DNA from: Callorhinchus milii
Taxonomy: Eukaryota
Assembly: GCF_018977255.1 (NCBI RefSeq)
Contig: NW_024704742.1
Location: 90,212,001-90,276,000, forward strand
Direction: 5' to 3'
Length of the DNA: 64,000 nucleotides
Shown here: piece by piece, positions 24,461 through 36,732 of the stretch
Layout: each line of letters begins with the position of its first letter
How positions within the stretch are numbered: the first letter of the stretch is position 1
Position numbers and translations under genes: made by a program
Notes under the pieces: model-generated
Told to the model about the DNA's origin: nothing
The model's input: the letters and a program-made list of their open reading frames with translations, nothing else
Database searches by the model: none

Positions 24461-26189
24461 TAGTCTGCGATGGAGTATTGCTAGAGTTGAAGCAGCTAAA
24501 ATAGCGGTGGCCTACCTTTTTGGTGGGCCAACCAAATGAATTTTTCTTTCTTAAATTTTACTTCATTTATACCTGTGCCATGGGTACCAAGGCTCAGTAG
24601 TTACTGGAAACAAGGTATTGATTTGGCACAAACTTGCCTGGACTAATATGGGTGTCCAGGTGGCCACTTTTGGGTCATCAGCAAGTGGCCCGCCGAACAC
24701 CCACACCAGCCTAAGCTCGTCCACTGCTACAAAGATTATTATATTATTAACAAGGAGACGAGTGAAAAGAGACATTTCTAGGTGAATTAATATTTGGGCT
24801 ACAAAGAAATTTTCCTTGTATCTAAAGAGCAGTGTGTGAGGAGGTTTAGATCTGGCAAGGTGTCAGATTTGGATTGTGACTGTTTGCTGTAGATCTGACC
24901 ACAAGACTGGTTTGGATGAAGAAGGCCCTTTGGCTCATCTGATCTCATTCCTCTAGAAAATCCACCCTAACATCCTTCCATCATTGCTGTGTCTGTCAAT
25001 CATGTATCTGTATCTTACTTGAATTTAATTATCATAAAGTTCTTCCAAGTGTCACTGATAAGGGTGGGTTCTTCGTGTTTTATTTACTTCTGAAGTAAAG
25101 AGACACATGAGGCAGCAAAACCTCTCTGCACTTGTTAGGTTCCTTCATATGTCCTGTATATCCAGGTAGACATCTTGTCATAATCCTGTTACAGCCTGTT
25201 CATCATGGAGATTTGTGAAATGTTGTTGCAGATCTGATTGTTATATCCAGCATCTCTACCTGTCACAACTGCCTTGAATTTTTTTAACCATAAAGTTCTT
25301 CTCTAAGTTTGAAAGTGTTGTTTATGCCTCACTGCATGTGAGAGGTGATTGAAGGCATTCCACCACTTGACCCTCGAATTGTATGGGATAAGAATAGATT
25401 CCTCAAGTGGGAGAAATTAGCATCAGTACAGACATGATGTGCCTTCTTTCCTTAACCTTTCTATCATTGTAGTTTCTGCAGATCACTACCATTATATTTT
25501 GCATAATATTGCTTAATATGTAAGCCCGACAATACATCACTCGTATGGATTAACCAGTCTCTGAAATGTTATTTCAAATAATCCACATGATAAAATACTT
25601 TAATTTATTTTCACTTTTACACTGTCAGTTTAGAGATATCCTGGAAATGATTGATGATCTCAGAGAGGAAATCTAGGCATTTAGAAGGGATCTTTTCATG
25701 TTGCTGTTATTATTTAGTGACCTCTTGCTGGAAATAGTGTGTGGGTGTGGGTGTATATGGACAAAACATCAGGTGAAGACTGGATCAGGTTCAGCTGAGT
25801 CCCCTAAGGTCTGTAAACTCTCACTCTCTGTGTTCACAAGAACTTGGATGAGGAACAGAGGGACTGTCAGAACTCAGCATGGATAACTAACTTCAAGAGA
25901 AGCAGAGAAATGTGGGGGAAGGAAAGTGGAGCGGGGTAGCTGAGAAATGAAGAGCAGATACAAATAATGTCAGTCGTTTTATCAACATTTGTATGTAATA
26001 TGTTAATTCTCTAATCGTTGGCGAAGCAGAGACTAATGACTTGCAAAACCACTAAAATTAGTAAATTTATAAACAGTCAAAAAAAAATTACCTCAAATGT
26101 TTGTATCTTCATGATTTACCCCAAAAAACAATGGTAGTTTTTGGCTGTGGGCAAGACTCTGGTAAATGCTGACATAATGGTAATAATTG

Positions 26190-26850
26190 AAGAACCATAG
26201 AAATCCGTGGCACAGAAGAGAGCCATTTGTCCCATAGTGCCTGTGTTGGCTCTCTCAAGAGCAATCATCTCAGTCCCACTTCCCTGCCCTTTCCCTGTTC
26301 CCCTAGAAGGAGGGGTTACAGGTTAATATTGAGGCAATGGAGTATGAACAATGTTCACAGCAAAAGCACTGATTTATGATCATCTCAGGAGATAACTTGA
26401 TCATTGTCCTACTCTTTGTGGGTATTGGGTTCCAGATATACGTGACCACAGTCTGATCCCATTGTCATGCTTAACATGTCCCAATGATTTCCGTACAGTG
26501 GCTCGAATGTGTTCTAGGCAACCATCCAGCTGTCAAAAAACAATCTGGGTGACATCTTTAACCTTCTGACAAACCTTCCCCAATACATGATTTCAGTCTT
26601 TTTCTGAGACCAGTCCTTCCCTCATAATTGACCCTATGCCGTTGATTCTTGGATCACTGCCACAAGCACCAGGATGTTTCAAATGTTATCTATAGTGCAG
26701 TAATTTGAGAGTTGACAATGCCATTGTTGTCAAGGAGGGAGTTTTCTATATTCTTCATGATCCATAGCCCTGTGGGAATTTGCTTGCTTGCCTGGTAGAT
26801 ATCCTGTTGATATATTGGTGCCTTTTCCTTGAAGCCCAAACCCATGATGT
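26190..26850 (-). mobile_element. CR1 fragments (3' end at 26190-26305; older ORF2 remnant at ~26520-26850)
   Basis: agaaccatagaaatccgtggcacagaagagagccatttgtcccatagtgcctgtg matches the CR1 3' end at 54170-54270. Confidence 0.6.
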
Positions 26851-26867
26851 CATCCTTAAGCATATTC

Positions 26868-27252
26868 GCCTCCAAGGCCCTCCACGGACTTGGCCCTTCC
26901 TACCTCTGTGACCTGCTAACACATATCAACCTGTCCACTCCCTCCGCTCAGCAGGCTCCAATCTGCTCTACGTGCCCGTCGGGCCTGCCCCACCATCAGA
27001 GGTGGGGCTTTCAGCCTCTCTGTCCCCATCTTTGGAACTCCATCCCACATTCCGTTCACCTCACTCACGCCTTTGCCTCCTTCGAGGTACATCTCAAGAT
27101 CCTGCTCATTGTCCACACCTTCAGCCACTCTCGTACCCCTACCCTCCCTGATCCCAACCTCCCCATGCTCAGATCCAAATCCCTGACTGTCCAGCGCCTT
27201 GGGTTGTCCTATTAACGTGAAAGGCGCTATACAAATATAATTTTGTATTGTA
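26868..27252 (+). mobile_element. L2 3' fragment
   Basis: KALHGLGPSYLCDLL in ORF 26829-27215; tail cagcgccttggg...gaaaggcgctatacaaatataattttgtattg. Confidence 0.92.
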
Positions 27253-28067
27253 TTATATATTTCTCCTGTTCAAGTGCCTACTCAATGTGGCTTAAGAAAT
27301 CATATACTCATCAAAGGTAGGGATGCTAATCAACTTTATTCCCTCTTCGACACCCTCTGTATCCTTTCCCAGACATTTCTTTTACACAGCCATACCAGGT
27401 TAATCTTTCACTCTGTTTCTACCCACAACACTGTCTGTGCCATTAACAACCATTCTTCCCTGTAAGACAGTGATTTGCAGGCATTTCTCTTAACATTAAA
27501 TGCTGCATTTGTTGTTAGGGTTCTGTATTTGGTGCTTGTATACTTTATTCACATTCACAGCCTTGTCAAACTGCTATGTTCTGTGTGTAAACGTACTCTT
27601 GACCTCACCGTGATTCACCATCAATGACTGAGCCTTCAGTCAATTATGTCCATAACCTCTAGAACTTTCTGCCTCTATTTCTTTACTCCACTTCCTCTCT
27701 ATCTTTAAATCTCATGTTAAAATCTATACCTTTTGCTGTGTATGGTCAATTATCTCTTCTCTCTTGCTTGGCATCCAACCCTGGAAGTGTTAAACTCTCT
27801 GAGGTGTTCTGCTACATGAAAGGCACGTTTTTAATTACAAATTATTGTTCGTGCTTCATGGATAGTTTCCATTCTCACCTTCCATCCATTGCTGCAGTGC
27901 CTTAACCAAACTTAATGCAAATCTTAGAAGCTTAGCATTGGGAACTCAATCAGCCTTAAAACCTTCATGCCTTTGCTGTCTCCTTTTCTCACACTATTTT
28001 TCATGTATGTGGTTTTCGTACTTTTATTGAGTTATAACTGGAATTTAATTTACAGTATTTAATAATC

Positions 28068-28437
28068 TTAATAATAATAATCCTTACATTTGATATTGAG
28101 CCTTATCAAATCATTGAGACATCTCAAAGCGCTTCACAGAATATATTGTAAAGTGGATTGACCGTATATTTTGTGGGTGACACATGGCAACCAATTGCAA
28201 ACAGCAGTGTCCCACAAACAGTCGTGGATTGAGTGACCAAATTTGTTTTGAGGGATTATTGCCCCTAGAAAACAATCCACCAATTAACTAACAACGGGTT
28301 CCTATTTTATGCTCAGTAAAAGGAGGATTGGTGGTGGAGCAAGGAAACACGCCTTATGTTTTTCCCCGTCTGGGAATCAAACCCAGGTTTTCTCGCTTGC
28401 GAGGCAAGTGCACTAACCAATATGCTAAAAGACTCCA
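28068..28437 (-). mobile_element. SINE-B full length
   Basis: (AAT)n tail at 28068-28082; head reverse complement tggagtcttttagcatattggttagtgcacttgcctcgcaagcgag. Confidence 0.9.
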
Positions 28438-29244
28438 TGTTCTGATCCAAAGTTTAAACCATATTTTTCCTTAGCGAGTGCAATTACAACAGTTATTGTT
28501 GGCAACAAAGTCCTTTTCCAAGAAGGAATTTGATCATATTTCTTTAATTTAAATTCAACATTTGGGGAAAAAAAACACCTGTAGTCAGAGTATGAATGAT
28601 TGGGTCAGATCTAAGATAGTCTGGATCAACCCCGAGCAAGTCATTTAACAGAGGGTAGATGATACAAATTGTTACAAATTCAACAAAACCTCCATCTAAA
28701 GCTGTTCAGGGGGTGGAAGGAGCTTTGTTTGAGTATGGTCTATGCTATACCTGGTCTGGGAGTGCCCAAAATAGAAAATAAATGTTGACATTTACAACAC
28801 TGAAGGCAACTATTTGCCCCTCAGGTCTGCGCTGGCTCTGACAGTAAGAGCAATCCATTCAGTCCCATTTACCTGTCTCGTCTCCATGCTCCTGCAAATT
28901 ATTCATTTTTAGATCCCAGCTGAAGATGGAAGCCAAGGGTGGTGGGGAAAGCATGTGAACATGAAGCTACTGAACATGTGCAAAACCTTAGGTTCAACCA
29001 CCACAAGAGGGTGTTCCCCAGACTCTACCAATATCTCTATCAATACAGCGGTCATTACAAAGACCAAAAGGTTCAGGGGTGAGAACTTTACAATTATGAG
29101 GGCATTTAATGGTCAATAGGGTCAAATGTTTTCCTCTGGTCAGTGAGTTAGTAATCAGAGGGCATCACATCACCTCTTTCATGTTATATTCTATGCCCAT
29201 TTCCTGACACTGACATCTTTTACTGTGGCCAGCACAAATATAAA

Positions 29245-29640
29245 TATAACAACAAGTTACATTTGTATAGCACCTTTCACATCAGGAGGATGTCTCAAGG
29301 CACTGGACAGTCAGGGATTTGAACCCGAGCAGGGAGTTGGGATCAGGAGGGGTGGCGGGCAGGGAGGGTAGAGGTAGGAGGGTGACCCAAGATGCGGTTG
29401 AAGAGCAGATTTCTTGAGTTGTCCTTTGAAGGAGGCAAGGGAGGGAGTGAGGCAAAGGAACTCTGGGATGGAGTTCCAAAGGGTGGAGGCAGAGAGGCTG
29501 AAGGCGTGGGTGGGGGTGATGGGTTCATGGAGCCTAGTGCGGGATAGGACACAAGCTGCAGAGTTCTGGATGATCTGCAGCTTGTGGAAGGAAGAGTTGG
29601 GGAGGCCGACAAATAGAGAGTTGGCGTACTTGAGCTGGCA
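29245..29640 (-). mobile_element. L2 3' fragment with internal deletion
   Basis: aacaacaagttacatttgtatagcacctttcac tail; homologous to 4674-5330. Confidence 0.9.
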
Positions 29641-30904
29641 AAATAAAATTATATTGGCTAATGTCAGATCAATGCTCCTTCTATACTACTGGTGATAGTT
29701 TCATGGTTATATCAAGAAATAATTGAAATATTTTTACACCTGTCAATGTCACTGGCTCATTGTGAATTGATCAGGAAAGAGACAGGACAACATGAGTGGT
29801 CTGAAGTTTAAACAATACCTAGCAGCACATTGAAAACAGCTGTAACTTTGTGTTTAGGCATTTAGAAAGAATCTGAGGGAAAGACTACATGAAATTGGAA
29901 CAGTGCAAAAAAACAAAAAGAAATGTTATAATCCAAGCAGGAAACTGGACACTCTTATGCAGTGAAACCATCTGTTTTTATATTTATTTATTTAAAAAAA
30001 CAAACCTCATTTGAAAATAGAGGTCAGTGAGGAGTGCCAAATCATTTTTTTACTGTATTTTCATGAAATAACAAAATTTGGCAGCTGGAATTCTCGTTAA
30101 CAAAAAAAGTTTATTTCTAATGAAGAAACATAAGAAACAGTTGGTTTAGAATTTAATATAAACACAGTATTTTGTTGCAAACTCTGTAGTTAACACCATG
30201 GAAGCTATCCCTAACCACTCTGCAAAATCATTGCATTGTAAATGCACACATAGCTCTAAAACTTAATTCTCCACCTGCACATTCAGTTCAGTTTTCTTCA
30301 CACTGTTCATATCCATCCTTCCAATTTATTAGCAAGGTTCTTTCTTCAAGTGATGGGTTATGAAATCAAGCATATTTTTCTAGTCATTAAGGCTTTCAAA
30401 ACTAAAGTTGGGGTATAAAAATGGACTTGAATTCCAATGCAGAAAAGTACCAAGTTTCCTCTGAGTTGCCTGAAATTTAGTGCATAATAGTAAGTGAGCA
30501 GTAACCATTTATAACCACTGAAATCATCGTGGGAAGGGAGTGAGCAGTAACCCTTATAACCATTCACAACGACTCAACTCATAGTGAGCAGTTAAGAAGG
30601 CCATTTTATGTATTTAATGGCCAAAATGGTCACGTGGTGTGCAATACAAAACTAGACTTTTGAATTCCAATCCAGTCGAAATAATGCAGAAAGGGCTCAA
30701 TTGTTGGCTCTAGGATTTCCTACTTTGTCCACAAAATACCCACTTTACGGTATATCCTGTGAAGAACTTTGAGATGTCTTAATGATGCAATAAAGCATTA
30801 TATCAAATGCAAGGATTATTTTATTATTTAATTCAATTTGTTTTAAGACTATAATGAAGACTATCACGCTTGCCAGACCTTGATGTTCAACCCACCATTG
30901 CTGA

Positions 30905-31705
30905 AAACAATGCAATAATAATTCATGTGTCTGATACAAGCATCTACAACATTAAAACATCTCAAAGCGGTTTACTGAAAACTGCTGGAAAGTGAAGTGA
31001 TTATATATTTTGTAAGTAAACACAGTAGCCAAATTGCACTCAGCAATGTCCAGCAAATAGTTATGAAGTGAATGACCAATTTATTTGGGAAATGTTAGCC
31101 AGAACACTTTTCAAATTGTGTCATGGGATCTTTAACATCCACTTAACAAGCAGGTAGGATTTCTGTTTATCATCTCAATAGAACAATAGAAAAGTATGCG
31201 ACTGTAGGAGACCATTCAACCCATTTGGCTCATTGTTTGTTCCTTCAAGAAGCCATCCATCCTAATCCCAATTCTCCAGCCTTTCACTGTACACTCTAAT
31301 ATCCTTCGTCCACATGTATCTAATCTTCTTTGAAATGCCCCACATCAACTCTACTCTAACAGCCACTTCTGTCATATAATTCCGTATTCTTCTGCATCTC
31401 TTATTTTACACTCCTAGCACAATCTTGAATTCATGCCCCCTTCTCCTCGAATTCCCTATCAGTGGAGAGGATGATTAATTCTTTCATTATCTTAAACACT
31501 TCTATTATATCACCCCTCGATCGTTTCTGCTCTAACAGAGAGATCTAACATCTCATTCAATCGGCGACACTGCCCACAAAGTAGTGAATCCCTACCACTG
31601 CATTGGAGTGACCACTCAGATTATGAATTTACAAAGGTTCAATGTGGTGCTTGAACCCACAACCTTCCAACTCAAGAATCGAGCTTGCTAACAATTATGC
31701 CAGGC
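30905..31705 (-). mobile_element. SINE-A interrupted by a CR1 fragment
   Basis: Tail and Deu-like part at 30905-31177; head (cttgaacccacaaccttcc) resumes at 31549-31705. Confidence 0.75.
31178..31548 (-). mobile_element. CR1 3' fragment with candidate 7-bp TSD
   Basis: atagaaaagtatgcgactgtaggagaccattcaaccc...ttaaacacttctattatatcaccc...ctgctctaa; CATCTCA at 31171-31177 and 31549-31555. Confidence 0.75.
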
Positions 31706-33204
31706 AATGTCATAGTATAGCAGTGCAACAAGTTTAATTTGTGGAAAATTGGGGGACACAGGACTTCTTCTGGTTTCTAGATAATCATTGCTCACCAACC
31801 AATAGGCAGAGGATAGTGCCTGCATCCACATGCAATATGAAGTGACTGAACAAACACTAATATAACCATTCCACCTGCTGAATACCCTGGAAAACAATCC
31901 CCCAGATAAAAAAAAATGTCATTCCCTTCATGGCTATTTACAGGATATTGTCATGCGCAAATTGGCTGTCACATTTGCCTACAATGCTGCACAGTAAAAT
32001 CCCGTTAAATATCAGATAAATATCAGAAACAAGGACTGCAGATGTATAAAGACTCCACCTTCTGAGGGCAATGGGCAATAAATGCTGGCAAAATGCCCAC
32101 TTCCTGAGGAAGAGGAAGAATAATATATATTGTACATCAGAAGCAATAACACAATGTGAAAAAATCTCAATGAAATAATGCTCACACAATAATACTGGAA
32201 AGATTAATTATGTCCCCAGGGTAGCAGCAGATGTTTTACATTGTAAAAACTGATTAAAACCCAATGTTTCAAAGTTCAAAATTTACACCATAGATTTTAT
32301 TGCTCAATTTATGTTAATCTCATGAATGATGTCATGTGTTGAACAGGTAATCTATGAAGTATGGCCTACATTAAACACATACAATGACATGAAAGGAACG
32401 GAATAAGGGAAGCTTAGCAACATAAATTTGAAACACGAGTTAAATACAACTCAAGACTTTAAACATTTAAATATTATTTTATTAGATTAGAAAAGTTTGT
32501 TGTTAGTTACCAAGCTTGAGGATTCATTTTTATGCCAATGTTTTTTTTAACTTTAATGTGCAACGTCTGTTTTTTTTCAAAGCTGTAAAATTCCTCTGTC
32601 TTTTAAGTCACACCGATTGTGCAGAGTCTGATGTTTTATTTATACTCCAACAAAATTTATATGAAGCTCATACCACCCAATCGCTTAGAAACTTATTTTC
32701 CATCAAATATTTATATAATGGGAGGAATCACAGACTCACAAAGTGTGACGTTAGTGGAAATTCCTGTCTCTCAATGAAGCAAACTATGCAATGATGATGA
32801 CCTAGAAAGCCATCAGAGAAACACGGATCAGGTTCCCATAAGAAATCTTTCTGATCAACTACATAGAGGTACAATAAGTTCTTGCGCACTATATACATAG
32901 TTTAAACCTAAGAGTTAAAGGATAGATCCTTTGTAAAAGAAAAACAATTGCAATGCTACCACTGCCAAAGTCTGACACGACGATCATGTCTTGAGGTACA
33001 AAATGGATCCTACAGACTAGTTGGTGACTGCCACAGAGCAATCATGTCACTTCCAGGGGGAAAGGTAACATTTTAAGACATGTCTTGCACAGCATCAAAC
33101 AACAGATTTCAGCAAAACCAGCTGTATTACACTGCATGTGTGATCCTGTAGCATTAGAAAGATAATGCCTTATTAATGTCAACTTTCTGTGGTATAATAG
33201 TCAT

Positions 33205-33480
33205 CCAATCTAACTGCTCAGGTCGATGTTAAAGATCCAATGGCAAATATTCGAAAAGAGGAGGGAGTTACTCTCGATGTCCCGGCCAACAATCCCCAAA
33301 TAAAATTGGTCACTCACTCCATGGCTATTTGTGGAACATTGCTGTATGCAACTGGCTGCAGCATTTCAACCACAAAATACGCAATCAATCCACTTTACAG
33401 TATATCCTGTGAAGCACTTTGAGACATCATGATAACGTGATAAGGCGATATATCAAATGCAAGGATTATTAATATAATAA
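33205..33480 (+). mobile_element. SINE-A 3' half
   Basis: gatgttaaagatcc...gtcccggccaacaatcccc...atcaaatgcaaggattatt. Confidence 0.85.
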
Positions 33481-36400
33481 TAAATTGAGGAAATGAAATC
33501 ATCTGCAATTATATTTGCAAAACAGTCATGACTTTCTCTCATTATTTTCACATATACAAACTTGTCCATTACTCTCATTCATCTTAGTTATCCATAACTA
33601 TTATCAAAGTTTAATTTAAATAGTGAAGCTTAGTTCCCCAGTTTAGTTGTTTAGCACTCTCGGCTCAGCCCATGGCAAAGCAGTTTTGGAACCGGAAATA
33701 TGGAGGTCCATTATTACATCTATTTCCCATTATATGTAACACAACTATTTTTTCCCAAATGATCAGCTGTGATAAACCCAATAAATGCCATTTTCAATTT
33801 CACTTTGTTTACTGGTATTGAATTGAAATCCCTTCCTCGAGTCATACAAGTGGATCACAGGAAGCTGGACTGATGCATAGCTGATGACCATTCACATGTA
33901 CACTCATGCCAGAGTTATTGATCTCAATACGATTGCTGATACTGAAGTACAAAATTAAAACAAGTGAAGACAGACAGAGGTACGGAGTGAAGACGAATAG
34001 TTTTTTACATTGTGTCGGAGCAAGAGTTGCTTCAGGAAAAATACAACCATAAGGTCACAATGACAATGTTTGTAAATGTACTCATCAGGAGAGAAATATC
34101 TGTAGATAAATAAATGTGACCCTGTGAATGTCAGACAGTGGTAGAAAAGCAATTCCAACATTACCGTTTCAATATATTTGGAACATTTTAAAAATGTCTC
34201 TTCTAGATTTTGTTTTAGATCATTAGACAAGCTGTAGCTGTTAATACTGGAACCAGTTAATAAAATTGTGCTGAGTCAATCTTTTCCGATGGATGATATG
34301 AACTGTTCTATTCTTAACATTCTGTACTTTACAAGCAGTGAAACTTGGTTTAAAGACTCTGCAGTCCACAGAGAAACTGAATACAAGAGCATCATCTATT
34401 GTCAGTCTTACACAGCAATGCACAAATAGGCAAGTGCAATTTCCAGAGGAAGAGAAGTGACCAGATGATAGTTCTGTATTACACTGTAAAACATCAGGGC
34501 GATAGATAATAGATTTGATGTGACAACTTTCACATTGAATCTGCTATGAAATGATACAAATTTCACCCTGTCATTTCATCAATATCCTGATTTAAATCAA
34601 GCAATATAAAAACTATGCAAACATTAAACATTTAATTCAAACAAACCCTTTTTGCCACTCCTTCCTTACAGATAGCTTATTGACGTTATCCAATGACAGG
34701 GTCAAATCAACGATCTGCCAAGGATATGACAGCAAAGAATTTCACCCCATATATGCCAGGCATGCTGACGAGGTACCAAATCATTCACAAACCACTTTGT
34801 CTGTGAACAATACATTTCAAAGGTTAGAAACATACATCAAATGTAATGTCAACCCTGAACAATGTTTGGAAGGAGACCAATAATGGAAAGAATTTTTGAA
34901 AGTATGTGAGGCTTTACTCAATGTGATCTTCATCACTTACAAGTTTAACTGCTCACAATCGGAGACAAAAAGGATCATGTCTTGGAGAGGGGGGAGAATG
35001 GGAGGGCATACAGAATACTTCTGTTATTAGGCAACAGCTATAACATACAAATACAGCAAAAGCTACGCAGCACAAACTGAGGGCTGTGAGATATCCCTGC
35101 ACAACAGACTCAAAATGGTATCAAGTCTGTACTTATCTTCAAAACTAAAATTATTGACTAGTCAGCCTGGGTCAGAATTATTGGGATGGAATTATAGGGA
35201 TGGAATTCAGACCAGCTCCATTCAAATCAATAACATTAACTTCAAAGAGATCTAGCTTTTCAAATACTGTGCACGTATATCTTTGTTAGTTCTACAATCT
35301 TTCAGTTGGAATCAAGAAGGGCCAAATTGAATTCAATTGCCCAGAATTTCTATCAGCTGTTGCCAAGATTCAGTTGACGTACAGGACAGTATTACATTTC
35401 AAATTTGCTTCATGTACTGAATTCCCCCCTTTCCCCAGAGAGCTCGGAAGAGGATTGGTGAGCGATTTATCTGCAGTTTGTACCAGCCAGATTCAATCTC
35501 CTTCTCCGCATTTAAATGAGACTTTTAAAAGAATGACCAACAACTTGAGTAAGTATCTCTATACAGTTTATCCTCAGCCACACACACAATGGGTTCACCT
35601 GCCAATTCATAGAACATATAAATGTACAGCTGAAGTCCAGTTGGGGCCAGAGAAACACATTACATCAGGTTTACTTGTGAAACAAATTGATCCATTGTTT
35701 GTAATTCATCCGTTTATAATTCACCCAGCATTGCTGGCCGGACATCTGCAGCTGACACAAATGTTTATTCAGAGTGTGTGTACTGGTGCATTGTGTGCAA
35801 TAGAAGTTATATAACCCAGCCCCCCAAAACATATAATCACGGGATCCTGCAGCAACACAAGAATCAGAAGTTAGAAAATAACAGGGGAAATATGTATTTA
35901 ACAAGAATCCACGAACTATTTTCAAAGTTGCATCTACATGATGCACTGGGAGGGGCAGTAAGATGGTAATCTGTCCCCATTGCTGATACAGGGTAAAGAA
36001 CAGATGAAATCTAAACAAAAACTTGCACTAAAACTCACAGGGCAGCTCAGGTTTTATTCCAGGGTCTGACTGAAAGGGAAAGCTGCTGCCTCTCTGGATG
36101 GGCCTCGCCATCACAAAACACACTGCCAAAGGCATCTTTCATCTATATCCAGGGCCTGTGAACATATATATATATTATTAATTCACTCAGGCAAACTGCA
36201 GGAAATCTCCCTCAATCCTTAAAGCCTGCCAAGAAAATCACATGTCTAACTTGGTGAGGTTCATGGCATTAATGATTGTCCCAGATAACACCAATAAAGT
36301 GCAAACTGTGAAAATCTAGCTATATTCCTGCATTGCTCCCATACAATAACGTACCTTTATACAACAACAGTGTATATTTATGTTGTACCTTTCACTTCAG

Positions 36401-36513
36401 GTGGACATTCTCAAAGCACATGGGAGATCAAATGCTTTGGGGTAAGCTGAGGAGTATGGGGAGGAAGATGAGTGAAAGCATGAATGAGCAAAAGCATGCA
36501 TGAAAAGCATGAA

Positions 36514-36732
36514 TCTGGAATGCATTGCTTGAAAGGGTGGTGGAAGCCAATTTGATAACAACTTTTAAGAGAGAAGTAGATAATTAATAATTATTTGGAG
36601 AGGACAAGTTTGCAGGGCTACAGGTAAAGAGCAGGGGAGTGGAATTGATTTGGTCAGCTCTTTCAAAACAGCTGGCACAGACACGATGGGCCAAATGGCC
36701 TCCTTCTGTGCTGCATAATTCTAGGATTCTAT
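36514..36732 (+). mobile_element. CR1 3' end
   Basis: tctggaatgcattgc...gatgggccaaatggcctccttctgtgctgcataattctaggattctatg (ATTCTATG-type terminus). Confidence 0.88.

Noticed and set aside
35374..35814. 146-aa ORF as a gene
   Set aside because: Non-ATG start, no recognisable domain, no splice support; expected by chance
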